NCBI RefSeq assembly: GCF_004010195.1
Contig: NC_057755.1
Coordinates: 7,089,653-7,153,652 of the forward strand
Reading direction: 5' to 3'
Length of the DNA: 64,000 nt
Source: Chiloscyllium plagiosum
Lineage: Eukaryota
Position numbers and translations under genes: made by a program. Shown in pieces: positions 1-14,500 of this stretch (the first letter of the stretch is position 1; every line of letters begins with the position of its first letter). The notes beneath the pieces were generated by a model. It was not told the DNA's origin. It searched no databases and was given only the letters and a program-made list of their open reading frames with translations.

Positions 1-59
1 TCATTCCTAAGTATCTGGGTTCACTCCAAATCCCCGATTCCTTAAGGATGGAAATGGTT

Positions 60-1290
60 GCCTGGCTCAGCCTTAAACATTCTCTTATCCGATAGTCCAC
101 ACTTCTGCAGGTTTACAGTAATTCACAATCCAGTCAATGATTCATGTGAGGCTTTTGTTTCTAATGTCAAGCGTGAATGATTGAACCCATATCCTCTGAC
201 CATGATCCCAGATAATAAACTCCCCAGCTTAAGATTCAGCTTCTCAGTGTCTACCCTTTAAATCTCTGTGGAACTAATGCGTTTCATTTTGACCAACTTC
301 CAGCCTTCTACATCCCAGGGAGTTGTTGGGCAATGTGTGCAATTTTCTATTATTCCAGAATCGAACTCAACTCTCTTTTGTCATGCACTCTGCAGCACAA
401 GGTCATCATTCCTTTGAATGCAATCTAGGACTGAACACGTAGAATCATAGATGAAACAATTTAACCCATTCTGTACAGGCTCCTGAAAAGGCTACCCAGC
501 TCAGTCCCATTCTCCAGTTCTATCTAGGTAGCCCTTGCATTCATCATTTTCAACCATATATCACTCACGTTTGAAACCTCGTATCTAATCTGCCTCCAGC
601 ACTCTCCCAGGTAGCACATTCCAAATTCCTGAATGAAGGCATTTCTTCTCATCTGAAGGAGTGTCAATGGACCAGGAACATGCTTCCTCTCCACAGGTAC
701 TGGTAGATCTGCTGCGTTGTTCCAGAAATTTCAGTTTTTGTTTCCGATTTCCAGCATCTGCAGTTATTTCGGTTTTTGTCATTATCTTACTCCTCGCTCT
801 CTTGCTGACAATAATGAAATCCTGACACTTACTACTGACACATGAAATATTGGGAATGGAATCTCTGTTTTTACCCAGTCAAAATTGTTCAAATTTTGAA
901 CAATTCAATAAAACAACTTCTCAAACTTTTCTTCTGCGAGGAAATTAAACCCAATCTCTCTAACATTTCATTTTATCTATAATCCCTTGTTCCGAGGATC
1001 ATTCTCGTACATCTACTTTGCACTCTGTCCGGAACTCCAACATTCTTCATTATATAATGTGCCCAGAACAGAATGTAATACTCCAAATGTGATTGGACCA
1101 ATGATTTGTAGAAGCATAGCATCACTTCCTCGCTTTTAAATTCTCTACCTGTATGAACCCAAAATTCCTATAAGACTTCTTAACAAGTGTGTCAAGCTGC
1201 CTGGCCATCACCAGAGAATCATGGGCATGAAATCGGAGGTCTCTCTGCTCCTTTACGCCCTCCCCCAAAGTTGTATCATTCATTCTGTTT
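60..1290 (-). mobile_element. Old CR1 LINE 3' fragments with an inserted short repeat (~650-780)
   Basis: Degenerate reverse-strand matches to the CR1 RT C-terminus seen elsewhere in the window (cccagaacagaatgtaatactcc; ccagcatctgcag insert). Confidence 0.55.
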
Positions 1291-2410
1291 TAAGATTGAT
1301 TTTAATAAAGTCTTATGTCATGTATGAAACCATCACCTTACCCATCCTATAAATTGTAATAACAAACGATGTGCCTTCTGTGCAAGAGTAGGGCATTCAA
1401 TCCCTCGAGTCTGTTATGCCATTCAAGGGAATCGTGGTTGATCATGGACTCTTAAATTATTAAAAGGTGTGCTGTTATACTTCACTTGTGTCTTTTGCAT
1501 TGGTGTGCCCAAGGATTCATGTGCAGCAATATCTTAAAAGCTTATGTTTACAAGCAGCTATTTAGTTCTTCTCTTATGATCAATTTTAATAAAGGAAACT
1601 GACAATATTTTAATCTATTGCTGCTATATTGCATATTTAACGCTATAAATGAACTTATATAGAAGAAATTTGTTCATGCTTTCAAAATAATTCATTTAGC
1701 AAATGACATGATAAAGTGGAGAAATGTGAATGTGATGATAATGCAATTACAAATTGGTCAAATTGGAGTTAAATTTACAGATGTAGGAACATAACTTAGA
1801 GCCTAGTATACTTCTAATTCAAGAGAAAGAGACAGAGAGAGCCACAGAGAGAGAGAGCGAGAGAGATAGACAGAGTGCTGGAGAAAACCATTAAATCAAT
1901 GGGGCGTCACGTTTTGTCTCATTGCCCGAGCTACAAGTCGCATTCAAGCGTTAAGAGAATGAGATGTAGCAGAAATGAATGCCTCCTTTTACTAAGGAAG
2001 CAATTGTAATTCTGTGATTAAGTTTCATAATTGCAGAATCTCTATTCTTCTGTCGGGTCATATCCAATGCATTGAAAACTCGGCCTTGGTGTTCAGCAAC
2101 AAATGTCACTGGATATGATCATCACTCAAGTGCTCTTATATATTTCCTTAATTTTGGTATTAAAACAGATGAATAAGGAACAGATATATATTCTCTGTTT
2201 AATTGAGCTATTTTATTTATCAAGCGACACCCTATACTGTAGCTGCAAAGTGAAATGGATGCAATGTGAGTGAGTTGCCTCTGATGTCGAAGGGAAACCA
2301 ATCAACTAGTTTCTAGCGGAGGTAATCACATTCACGCCATTCATCCACAAGTAAACTTTTATGGGCATAACACCAAATTTCTGATTTAAAAAAAAATCTG
2401 CTCTCGATAG

Positions 2411-2522
2411 GACTGGTGGGAATCGCCAAGCAGCTGGGCCTCAGACTCTTGGCTCCAAGAAAGAAGATCACGGTGATGCTGATGGGCAATCATTCAGCTG
2501 GCAAGAGCTCCTTCATCAATTG
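2411..2522 (+). CDS. NTPase gene exon A (P-loop)
   Basis: gatag|GACTGG...AATTG|gtaagc; (G)LVGIAKQLGLRLLAPRKKITVMLMGNHSAGKSSFIN(W); phase 1 to 2. Confidence 0.93.
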
Positions 2523-5500
2523 GTAAGCAGGCCAGTTTCACTGTTGTATTTGGGAAGGCTGGGCTGGGTACATTTATGAGAAATGCTCGAAGAATATTGA
2601 CTGGATCTGAACATCCAACTTAGCCAGGAGGGGCATTCTCCAGCAGATAGTGCGGATTCATAAAACGTTGGCATGACTTGACTGATTTACTCTGAACGAT
2701 ACTCTTAAGTAGGGACGGTCTGTATAAAATGGAACAGGATGTCAATTTTGTAAATAAAACACAGCAAAAAGTTAAAACACGATCAACAATCTGATTTGAT
2801 AAATTATGCAAGATCAGGCGATTGTGGTCAGAAAATTAAAACAACTCAGACGTCAGTCAGTGTATCCAGTCAATGTAGTGATTGTGGATTCAGGAGTGTT
2901 GCTGGATACAGAATGGAAATTTCATCTTTTAGTTCCAAATCGATGGTCCATACTTTGCTGGAATGGATCGGCTATGGGTCCCTTTGGCAGCGCCCTCGGC
3001 TACGTGTTCCAGCACAATCATTTGCCTTCCCACCTATTTTTATGTTATTCGCAAATTTGGCAAAAGTTTGTTCAAATTTCATTGCAGGTTCCTGCTGATT
3101 CCAATAGTAATAACTAGTTTGTGGAGAGAGGCAATGAAAGGGCAGAAGGGCCGAGTGGAGTTTGTACACTATAATATGAATGAATTCTTGGTCATTTCGA
3201 GTCTCCCAGATAATCACACCTGCAGCACTCTCACCATTTGCAAAAGTCCGGATTCTGGATTCAAAGCGAAGTTTCGAGTCACTGATGTACGCTCAGTAAA
3301 CAGTACCTACCTGGAGATCACGTGTAGGAACTGTTTACCTGCAGATTTCCAGTGTTAGGGCAGAAGGGGAACGAATGATCATGAGGTTACCTAATGATTT
3401 CGAGATGCCAGTGTTGGACTTGGGTGTACAAAGTTAAAAATCACACACCAGGTTATAGTCCAACAGGTTTAACTGGAAGCACACTAGCTTTCGGATGAAG
3501 GCAGATTATGGTGCTGGAAGACGTAGCCGAGGGCGCTGCCAAGGGACCCACAGCCGATCCATTCCAGCCAAGTATGGACCACCGAATTTGGAACTCAAAG
3601 ATGAAACTTCCATTCTGTAACCAGCAACACTCCTGAATCCACAATCACTACATTGACTGGATACACTGACTGATGTTTTAGTTGTTTTAATTTTCTGACC
3701 ACAATCACCTGATGAAGGAGTGTCGCTACGAAAGCTAGTGTGCTTCCAATTAAACCTGTTAGACTATAACCTGGTGTTGTGTGATTTTTAACTTTGAGGT
3801 TATCTAAGAACAGCATGCAAGCAGTGCACGAGCCACCCCCCCCCCCCCGCCCCCCCCCGCCCTTGGTCTACCTTGCTAATCCATAATCAAGTTGGAAATC
3901 GATGGAAGCAATGGCTCTCCTTTTAAGTGCAGACAGAGTCCAGTCTGTGACAGCACCGTCAATTGAGATGTACAGGCGAGGAAGTGGAGGAAGTCAGGAT
4001 GAGGAATAGTTATTGGCGATTCCACCATCACAGCAAGAGATAGGCGTTTTAACAGTAATGTGATGTGCTGTCTCCCTGGTGCCAAGGTCAAGGGCATCAC
4101 GGCTGCAGGACTTCTCCCGAATGGGATGGCGATCATCCAGCAGTCATGTTCCGTATTTCTGTCAATGTCACTGGGGGTAAGGTTGGGAAAGAAAAGAATC
4201 AGGGAGTTCTGAAGGAAATTAGAAAAAAAATACAGTCCATCAAGATCAGTAATCTCAGGAGTGTCGCCAGTTTCATGTTTGAATGATTGTCAGGACTATC
4301 GGATTGCTGGATTCAGTTTGAGGCTGGAGATCTGCTGTGGGAGATGCACATTTCCGTGTTACACTTCCAGTAGGCCGGGTCTGGTATTTTTGCTGGGAGA
4401 TTTGTAAATGCTGGTAGGATTCCTTGCAACTCGATCCCAATCGAGGTTGAACCAAAGTCAAGCTGGGAATAGGAAGTCGGAACAATTGCATGAGGGCTAT
4501 AAATATAAAGTCGCTATAGTCTCATCAGACCACAGGGCTATTCCCTTATTACAGAGAGATGACTAGTGGTGGTTTTACTTGAGGGTCACCAAGCCTCAGG
4601 CAAGCAAAGATGTTGAGAACGTCATGACCACATCAGGCAGTGTGGGTGTATATCCACAGTGTTGGCATGACTGTCCAGCCAACAGTGCAAGAGAAACGGA
4701 AGGAGGCTGAGTGTCAGTTTCCCTTCACAAGCAGAATGATGACGAGAAGATAAAGTTAAGGGCACGAGTCCCATCGGTTCCTTTCCTTGTCTGTTCCTCT
4801 CAGTGTTGCTCTACAGTGGTCCTGAAATGCTCTGCCGTCCAGTTGATGCTGACTGCCTGAGTGAGAACACTCACAATGTCCATTCATGAATGATATTTAC
4901 CGCCTGGCACATGCTCTCCATTACCTCTGCTCCGCTTAGTGATGTTGACTGTTTATCACAGAGTCCATACTGCCTATATTCCTCTCAGTAATGCTGACTG
5001 AGTCTCTCGGTACCCTCACCTTATCCACTCTTGTAACCGTAGAAATAGGAAGAACACAACCTACCCTCCAGAACAACCTTCACTATGATCAGTCAAAAGG
5101 GACTGAGTACACATTGTGTACAACTCAACAGAAGACAACTTTTCCCATGACAGCTGTTCATTAGTCAGTCCACTTGTCAACTCCTGACCCGTCTCTCTTG
5201 GTGAGGTGTTGTTCTCCCTTTACTTTGATGTGTGTTGCTAATTATCCTGATGGCAGCAGGTCAAACATTTTCAGCAAAATGTGCCTTTCCTTAGCAATAA
5301 TCAAATATTGTATTATCCACGGGACTTTGAGTGTTATATTTGCGTCTCTAACCATTGAAACTTGTAGGTACATTGAAGAACATATACTGAAAACAGGAGT
5401 TGCAACCGAGACACAGGGATTTACGTTTGTCACCAGTGGAAAGAAAAGGGAGTCACTTCTGGTGAGTAATGGCTTGGATCGTCGTCGAGCTTTCACTCAT

Positions 5501-8500
5501 CCGAGATCCCTGAAAGATAGTGGCTTACGTCAAAAAGCTGGAAGCCTCTTTCAAGTGCACTTCACTGGAATTCTTAGTCATCATCACATTCGATGTCATT
5601 CTCTTCTTCATGTACATCTGGCGGGTTTGACCCGCTTTCTCACTCCCAATGCCACTGAACGGAAATCACAGATGACTAATAATAATTTACTCTGTATTTA
5701 AACTGTTTGAATTGTGCAATGCTCGACCATTGACCATTCCTGTAATAATAGAAACCAGACCCAGCTTCCAGCTGTGTGTGCCAAAGGCAAATCATAATGC
5801 TGTTGCAATCACCGGACAATTGAAGAGAAACATGTATAGCACTTGTACAGTTTACTTTGCTCTTTGATAAGTTGTGGGGAGTTGCTGACAATACCAGAAT
5901 TTGCTGACCAACCCAAACTCCCCTTAAACCGTAACATAAAACTAACAACTGGGAATGCTGGAAATTTGAAACAGAAGTAGAAACTACTTGAGAAACACAG
6001 AAGGTCTGGCAGCATATGTGCATTGCGAAACAGAGTAAGCGTTTCGGGTGCACGGATCTTTCTTCAAAACTGATGGTAGCTCAGGAAAGGGGGTACATAT
6101 GACAGGGATGTGGGGCAAAGGAGTAGGTAATCTCGCCGCATTTTCATTTTCCTCTTGGGTACACTGCAGCTTTCAAGGTTGAGTTCAGCAATTTTAGAGC
6201 CTGACCACCTTCTCCCATGTACTTTATCCTCTCACACACTCCAGGGCCTGTCATGACATGGTCTGCTTTCAACATAGACTTCCCACTATGAACCAGCAAT
6301 GGTCCCCATTAGGAGATTTGCTTCCCTATCTCCTGGCTCACTATTATCCATCACTTTGCCTACCTGGCTGCCTTCCTGCTCCTCTAGACTCCTTCTTCAC
6401 CTATCAGTCACAATCTCCCCCCCCCCCCCGACCACCAACTTTTTCTCTCCACAGGTGCTGTCAGGGGTTGGTGACAATTTGCCACGACAGAGTCGCTGCC
6501 GATGATTAGCCACTGCCAGTTCTCCACCAGCATTTCTCCACTGGGGTCGTTGACCTCTGGAGATTATTCACCACCGGAAATATATATACGTACCGATTGT
6601 TTTCCCTCCCACCTGTTCTTTCATACTTCTCATTCCCCTTTATTTAGTCACCGACATTCTACATACTGATTTTAAAAAAGAGGTAAAATAAATATAATTT
6701 TATTGGTTTATATATTAAAATGAGTTACAAACTTTAACCCCCAAAAGAAAATATATTTTAAAAATCTTTATAATGACAGTAAAATCTCACATTAATATTA
6801 AACAATGAAATTTTAGTTCATTTGATAGTTATGCTCTATTCCTCTAAGATATTCCGAAACAATCTCTTTCACCGTATTCAAGAACAATATTTTGTATTCT
6901 ATCGTCTGCGTCTCCTATCATTCCTTTTTTGCCGAATTATTTTCTTCATGTTGTCGGTAAAGATGCTGGGACTGACTGCAGGACATCGGCTACACATTCG
7001 TTAATAAGAACACAATAAGAATGTTCACATCGCCAAAACTTAATACTTGAATCACTCTTGGACAGTTTATCAAAACTTTTTTGCCGAATTATTTTCTTCA
7101 TGTTGTCGGTAAAGATGCTGGGACTGACTGCAGGACATCGGCTACACATTCGTTAATAAGAATACAATAAGAATGTTCACATCGCCAAAATACTTGAATA
7201 CTTGAATCACTCTTGGACAGTTTATCAAAAACATATATAAAACCATCGTGGTAAAACTTCTTATATCCACGTTTACTAATAATTTGTGTTTCCATTTTGA
7301 AGACTTGAGGGTAAATGGAAAAAAAAACACAAGCTTAAAAAAAATCTCTCCTGTAACGAAAATAAATTGTTACTGAAAGAACGCAAACACTACCTTAACC
7401 AATATAACGACAATTTTATATAGTTTAGATATGCTTGTTCTCTAACATTTTAAACTTATTTGCAGTGGCGAATCGTCTTCAGTGGCCAATGGGCGGTGGC
7501 TAATCGTCAGCGGCGAATCTGCTGTGGCAAATGGTCTTGTCCCGGCTGTCGGACGTGCTGAGTTTCTTGAGAGATGTCTGTGTGTGTTGTCACTGAACTG
7601 GTCAGTTTGCTAGGCTACTCCGCAGGTCTGTAGGCGTCAACCATATTGCTGTGGGACTGGAGACATATGGAGGACCAGACGACATATGGACATAAGAATT
7701 GTTTGCCTAAATGGCTTTAGTAATTAGGTGTCCTGCTGTTGGATGGGAGTCACATGTCGGCAAGATAAGACAAGGTCAACCTATTTCCTTCCTTAAATAG
7801 TCTCAGTGGGTCAAACGTTTCCTTCTTGTTTCATAAATGAGGAATTTTGACGATTATTATTTTGTCAGTTAAGTCTAGTTTCATTATGTACACAGTAACT
7901 CCATTAGTTGTTCTGGTAATCTTTGAACCATGTTCCCAAAATGTTGCAATTATTCATATGGTTACAAACATCCCCTCTGGACTGGTTCAGGATTTGCATT
8001 CTTTTGAACAGTACTCCGTGAATACTCCTATATCAAATTCTAAAGACCCTATCAACCTACTCTCTCATTGTAGAGAGAGATCTCAGTCACCATGTCTCAG
8101 GTGAGGGGAGAGTTTAAGAAGCGAGTCTTTCATGGTAACCTCAACTTGCATGGGAATTGAAGACATCATGTTGGTGTTATTCTGTCGTGTAAAACGTCTC
8201 TCGAGGCAACTGAGGTAACTGAAACCCCGACACCACCATAAATTGTTTGCAGGACTTTTCGTCTGTAACCTGTATTCATTTTCTTTGTTTTCACAGGGTA
8301 ATGCTACATTACATGTCTACCCGCAATTCCAAGGTCTCGAACAGGTCAAAGGTACATTCACGTGAATGTAAATTTTGGAAAGAATAGGAGGACAAATAGT
8401 AGTTATGACTGTCACATCAAATAAATAAAGCTTCACAACGTTAACTTTTTATCTTTCAATGTAATAATGTCCTAATACTAATCAGGTACAGTCAACATTA

Positions 8501-11500
8501 ATTTGTCAAGGGAATGTGGTGCTACATAAATGCGCCAAAACGATTTGTTAAAGTAACCAGAAGTGTCGATGATGGTCATGCATTTGATGTTTTGCTATGG
8601 ATTTAGCAAGGCTTTTGAGAAGGACACTCATGGCAGATTGGTGAAGAAGGTAAGAAAGTCCATTGAGACAGGACTAAGTAGTGCATTGGACTTTAAATTA
8701 GCTGAGGGTCAAGAGGCACAGTTTGATGGTGGACCGATGTTTCTGGAAGCAGAGTAGTTTCGAGTAGTGTTCAGTGGACTTTGACTTTGGGGCACCTTCT
8801 CTTTGTGGTGTACATTAATGTTTTCGACTGAAATGTATAGATATAGTCAAGAAGTTTCTGGATGTCATAATATTTGCTAAGGTAATTAATAGGAGGACTG
8901 AAGGAGGCCTGGACACATCGGTAGAGCAGTGTCAAATGGATGTAACCCAGAAATGTGTGAGGTTTGGCCCTGCTCGAACAAGGCAAGGAATTGTTCTCTG
9001 AATGGTAAGACCCTGGAAAGTACTGAAGAGCAGACATACGTTAATGTGCAGATTCACAGATCCTTGGTGTCATCAAGCCAGTTCCTTTTTTTTCAAAAAA
9101 ACTATTCCTTGGCTCAAGGATACTGTGTTTTGATTGTTTTCAGAGGGATAATGAACCAGACTGGGCTCCGATCAGTCTGATTTCGTGCCAAGGTGAAAAG
9201 GGTATTGAGAGGCTTTTTGTTTATATGTAAACAGACGAGACTTCAGGCCAAAGTGGTCATGTTTTAGAAACGGCCTGGAAAATAAAAGGGGACTGATCAG
9301 TTCTCGAGCTGAGCGCAGCAGTTTAGTTCAGTTTTGAACTGATGAGGAGTTCAACAGTGAGCTGTGTGGAAACTCTGTCTCTCTTTCCTCCTGCCCTTCA
9401 ACTTCAACCCGTCAGCATGTGTTCCATTTGTACTGGGTTTTAAAGGGCGTTTGCACATTGGGGCTGTTGTGCATATTCGGAACAGCATAATTAAGACATG
9501 TTTGGATCGACTGATTTCTGTAGGGGTTCTTTATTCTGTTCTTTGTGTTTCATTGTGAATTTTTGTGAATAAAGTTTTGTCTGTTTTAAAATCTAGTAGT
9601 CAACCTAGCTGACATTCTCCGGGTTATTCTCAGTGTACACTTACCGAAGCAAATTGCATAGTTATGGTCTGGGCTGCCTGATTAAGAAAGTTTTGAGTGG
9701 TCTGGCCTATTCCATAACACTGGAATTGGAAGGAGCATTTGTATAAGATGATTCAGACGGTGTATGGATGACTTCTATGTATTTGGCAAGACAGATTGTC
9801 GAGGAGCATGGAGGTTATGTTGGAATTGACTTTAAACGGAAAAAAGGATGTAAAATGATTTGAATTTATTATTGTGGACACACGAAGGAAAGGTCTGTGG
9901 GGGTAACAAAGCGGAAATTACGTTCAGTCGATTGCTATTTCAGGGAGAATGCGTAGTCACTGTGAAGAGTTGGAGTTCCTTCCGCATTGCAAATCCTGTT
10001 TCTCTGTCTGCTTTTACAATCTAATGCCATTCTGCACAAAATTGAAGATACTTTGCGTTCGATGTGTCTCTCTTATATATTGAAGGCGAAAGTATAATGC
10101 ATATATTTTGATTTAACTTGGTGACCTTTGATGTAGACTGAACATAACTTTGCAAACAAAAAGGTATGCGATGGAAAGTCACTTTTGACCTTTGACATTC
10201 CTGGTTTCTGTGTTTCTGCAGGAGTGACAGACTACCTGACGACCGAGATCAGCACCTCAAAGCAGAAAATGTTTTTCTTGGTGACTTTCATAGATACTCC
10301 AGGTCTTGTGGATGGAGACATGTTGTACGAATTTGATGTGGATAAGGCGCTGATCTGGCTGGGTAACCCTTTTTGGTATTTGTATTTTATCGCCTTTCTG
10401 CTAATCAAACTGTTTTCAGACCTTCTTCAGGGTTAATGATTGAAACTCGAGAGCTGATCAAGGGAAAGGTAAAGTCACGGCGGCACTACTCAACCACAGG
10501 GCTGCTCTCTCCTCAGAGAGAGATAACTGTGGTTTAACCTGAGGTTCACAACTCCTCAGGCGAGGGGAAAGGTTGAGAAGGCGAGTGCTTCATAGTAACT
10601 TCAGCCAGTGCAGGAATTTAAAAAAAAAAGCAAAGAACAAAGAAAGTTTACAGCCCAGGAACAGGCCCTTCGGCTGTCCAAGCCTGAGCCGATCGAAATC
10701 CACTGTCTAAACCTGTTACCCGATTCTTAAGCATCTGTCTCCCTCTGCTCCCCACCTACTCATGCATTTGTTTAGATGCATCTTAAATGAATCTACCGTG
10801 CCTACCGCTATGACCTGTGCTGTGAACGCGTTACCGGCACCTACCACCCTCTGTGTGAAGTACTTGCCACGTGTATCACCTTAAACTTTTCACCTCTCAG
10901 CTTCAAAACGTGACCTCTCGTTATTGAATCCTTCACCCTGGGAAGAAGGTTATCTCTATCTACCTTGTGTATATCTTTCATGATTTCATAGACCTCAATC
11001 AGATCCCCCCTCAACCCCCTTTTTTCTAATGAAAACAATCCTACTCAACCTCTCTTCATAACTGGCACCTTCCACACCAGGCAACATCCTTGTAAACCTT
11101 CTCTACACCCTCTCCAAAGCGTCCACATACTTTTGGTAATGTGGCGACCAGCAATGTACAGACTATTCTAAATGCGGCTGAACCAATGTCGTGTACAATT
11201 TTAACATGACCTGCCAGCTCTTATACTCAATATCCCGTCTGATGATACCATGTGCCTTCTTGACCACTCTATCCACCTGTGCAGCAACCTTCAGGGTACA
11301 ATGGAACTGGACTCCCAGATCTCTCTGCCCATGAACTTGTCCCAAGGCTTTTCCATTCACTGCATATTTAGTTCTCGAATTAGACTTCCCAAAATGCATC
11401 ACCTCACATTTGCCTGGATTGAACTCCATTTACCATTTCTCCGCCAAATTCTCCAGTATATCTCTCTTCTGCATTCTTTGACAGTTCCCTATGCTTTCTG

Positions 11501-14500
11501 CTACTCCACCAACCTTCGTGCCACATGCAAACTTGCTGATCATACCCTCTTCCAGATCATTTATGTATTTCACAAACAACAGTGGCCCCAGCACTGATCC
11601 CTGTGGAACGCCACTGGTCCATTTTAAGGAACTCCCTTCAACTACTGCTCTCTGTTTCCTGTTGCTCAACCAGTTCTTTATTCACCTAACCAGAACACCC
11701 TGCATACTATGTGACTTCACTTTCTCCATTAGTTTAGCATGGGGAACTTTATTAAATGCCTGACTAAAGTCCATGTATATGCCATCTACAGCCCTTCCCT
11801 CATCTATCAATTTGGTCACTTCCTATACTAAGTTGGTAAGGCATTATCTACTCCGCACAAAACCATATTGCCTATCACTGATGAGCCCATTTTTTCCTAA
11901 TATAAAGATTTTATCACTCAATACCTTCTCTAGCAACATTCCCAGCACTGACGTCATGCTCACTCATCCACAGTTACCCGGAATATTCCTACTACTCTCC
12001 ATTTACAGGGGGACAACATGAGCAGTAATCAAGTCCTCCGGCACCTCACCTGTGTTTATGGATGTTACAAAGATATCTGTCAGAGCTCCAGCTATTTCCT
12101 CTCTCGCCTCCCTCAGTAACCTGGGATAGATCCTATTTGGTCCTGGGGATTTGTCCACCTTAATAACCTCTAACTCATCTAACACATCTTTCTTACTTAT
12201 GTCAACGAGGTACAGAGTAATCAAGCTTCTATCTCTAATCTCAACATTCATCATGTCCCTCTACTCAGTGAACACTGATGCAAAGTAATCGTTCAGAACC
12301 CCACGCATTTTCTCATGTTCGACACACAGCTTTCCTTCCTTCCTTATCCTTTAGTGGTCCAACCCTTTCTCTACTCAGTCGCTTACTTATATAAAAAAGG
12401 CTTTGGGATCCTCCTTAATTCTGCTCGCTAAAACTATTTCATGACACCTTTTAGACCGCTTGATTCCTCGTTTAAGACTGGTCTTACTCTCCCTATATTC
12501 CTCCAGGGTCCATTCTGTTCTTAGCTGCCTGGAACTTATGTACACTTCCCTTTTCCTCTTGGCTAGTCATACGATTTATCCTGTCATCCACGGTTCATGA
12601 ATCTTGCCTTTCCAATCTTTTGCTTTCAACGGGACATGCTTATCCTGCACTATCTTCAACTGATCTTTGAAAGCCTCCCACATATCAAATGTGGACTTCC
12701 CTTCAAATAGCTGTGGCCAATCCACATTTCCCAGCCCCTGCATACTTTTGATATAATGGGTCTTGGCCCAGTTTAGTACTCGTCCCTTAAGACCACTCTC
12801 ATCTTTATCTACGAGTATTCTAAAACTTACAGAATTGTGGTCAATGTTCCCAAAGAAATCCCCCACCGCATCTTCTCCCCCCGGCCTGGCTCATTCCCCA
12901 ACACCAGGTCAAATATAAACCCTTCACTCGTCGGACTATTGACATACTGCTCTAGAAAACTCTCCTGGACTCTTCTTATAAATTATGCCCTGTCCAGACC
13001 TCTGACACTTAGTGTATTCCAGACAACGTTGGCAAAATTAAAATCTCCCATCACCATCACCCTGTTGCCTCTACATCTTTCTATAATCTGTTTTCCGATT
13101 GGTTCTTCTAGCTCATGCTCACTGTTGGGAGGCCTGTAATATAAACGTCTATACCCTGGAACATTTAGTTGCCAATCATGACCTTCCTTCAACCAACTCT
13201 CTGCGATTGCAACAACGTCATACTCCCAGGCACCAATCCAAGCTCTAAGTTCATCTGCCTTACACACGATAGTCCTTGCATTAAAGTAGATACACTTCAG
13301 GCCACCAGTTCTTTTGCGTTCATCTGCACTTTGCCTACTCTTCCACTTATTAATGCTAACTTCATGATCCTTACAGTCTCCAGTTTCCACCTCGTTGTCT
13401 ACTAGCCTTCTCTTCTTGTTCCCAGTCCCCTGCCACATTAGGTTAAAACCTCCCCAACAGCAGTAGCAAAAACTCCCCCAAGGACATCAGTTCCAGTCCG
13501 TTTCAGGTGTAGACCGTCTAATTTGTAATAGTCCCACCTTCGCCAGAACTGGTCCCAATGTCCAACAAATCTGGACCTCCTACACCATCCCTCAAGCCAC
13601 GTGTTCACCCTGCCTATTCTTTCATTTCTATGCTGGCCAGCACGTGGCACTTGTAGTAATCCGAGATCACTACATTTGAGGTCCTCCTATTTATCTTCTC
13701 TCCTAGGTCCCTGAATTCTGCTTTCAGCACCTCATCTCGTTTTTTTTATTTATATCATTGGTGCCTATATGCACCATGACAACTGGCTGTTCATCCTCCC
13801 CTTTTAGAATGCCCTGTAGCCGATCAGTGACATCCCTGACCCGAGCACCTTGGGAGGCAACATACCATCTGGTAGCCCCGTTTTCGGCCACAGAACCTCC
13901 TTTCTACTCCCCTCACAATAGAATTCCCTATTTCTATGGCTATACCAGTTTTTTCCCGCCATTCGAAACAGCAAAACCCGCCACGGTGCCATGATCTTGG
14001 CAACTGCTGCCCTCCCCCGGTGAGCCATCTCCCCCAACAATATCCAAAACGGTATACTTGTTTTGGAGGGAGGTGACTGCTTTTCCATTCTTTTTCTGCC
14101 TTTTGGTCACCCATTAACTGTCTCCCTCAGCAATCCTAAACTGCAGTGTGACCAGTTCACTAACCGTGCTATCCACGACCTCTTCAACATTGCAGAAGCT
14201 CCACAGTGAGCCCATCTGCAGCTCCAGAGCCGTCATGCGGTCAAACAAGAGCTGCAGCTGGACACACTTCTTGCAAGTGGAAGAGTCAGGAACGTCAGCC
14301 ACGTCCCTGAGCTCCAACATCAAGCAAGAGGCACATGCCATGGCTCTGAGGTCCCCTGCAATTGTAGGCCTTAGCTTTATATCAACTAACTAAAACCAAA
14401 CAATGCACTTCAATATATGAAGAAAACCCACATGGTTAGCATCACTCACTAGCCGTTCAGCCAATGGAACTGCCGACATTACATTTGGTAACCATATACA

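Noticed and set aside
1..2410. Initiating exon of the NTPase gene
   Set aside because: I found no convincing ATG-containing exon ending in a phase-1 donor; it probably lies upstream of the window.
5174..5701. 175-aa ORF as a stand-alone gene
   Set aside because: Only 5368-5461 is a supported exon; the rest is intronic read-through.
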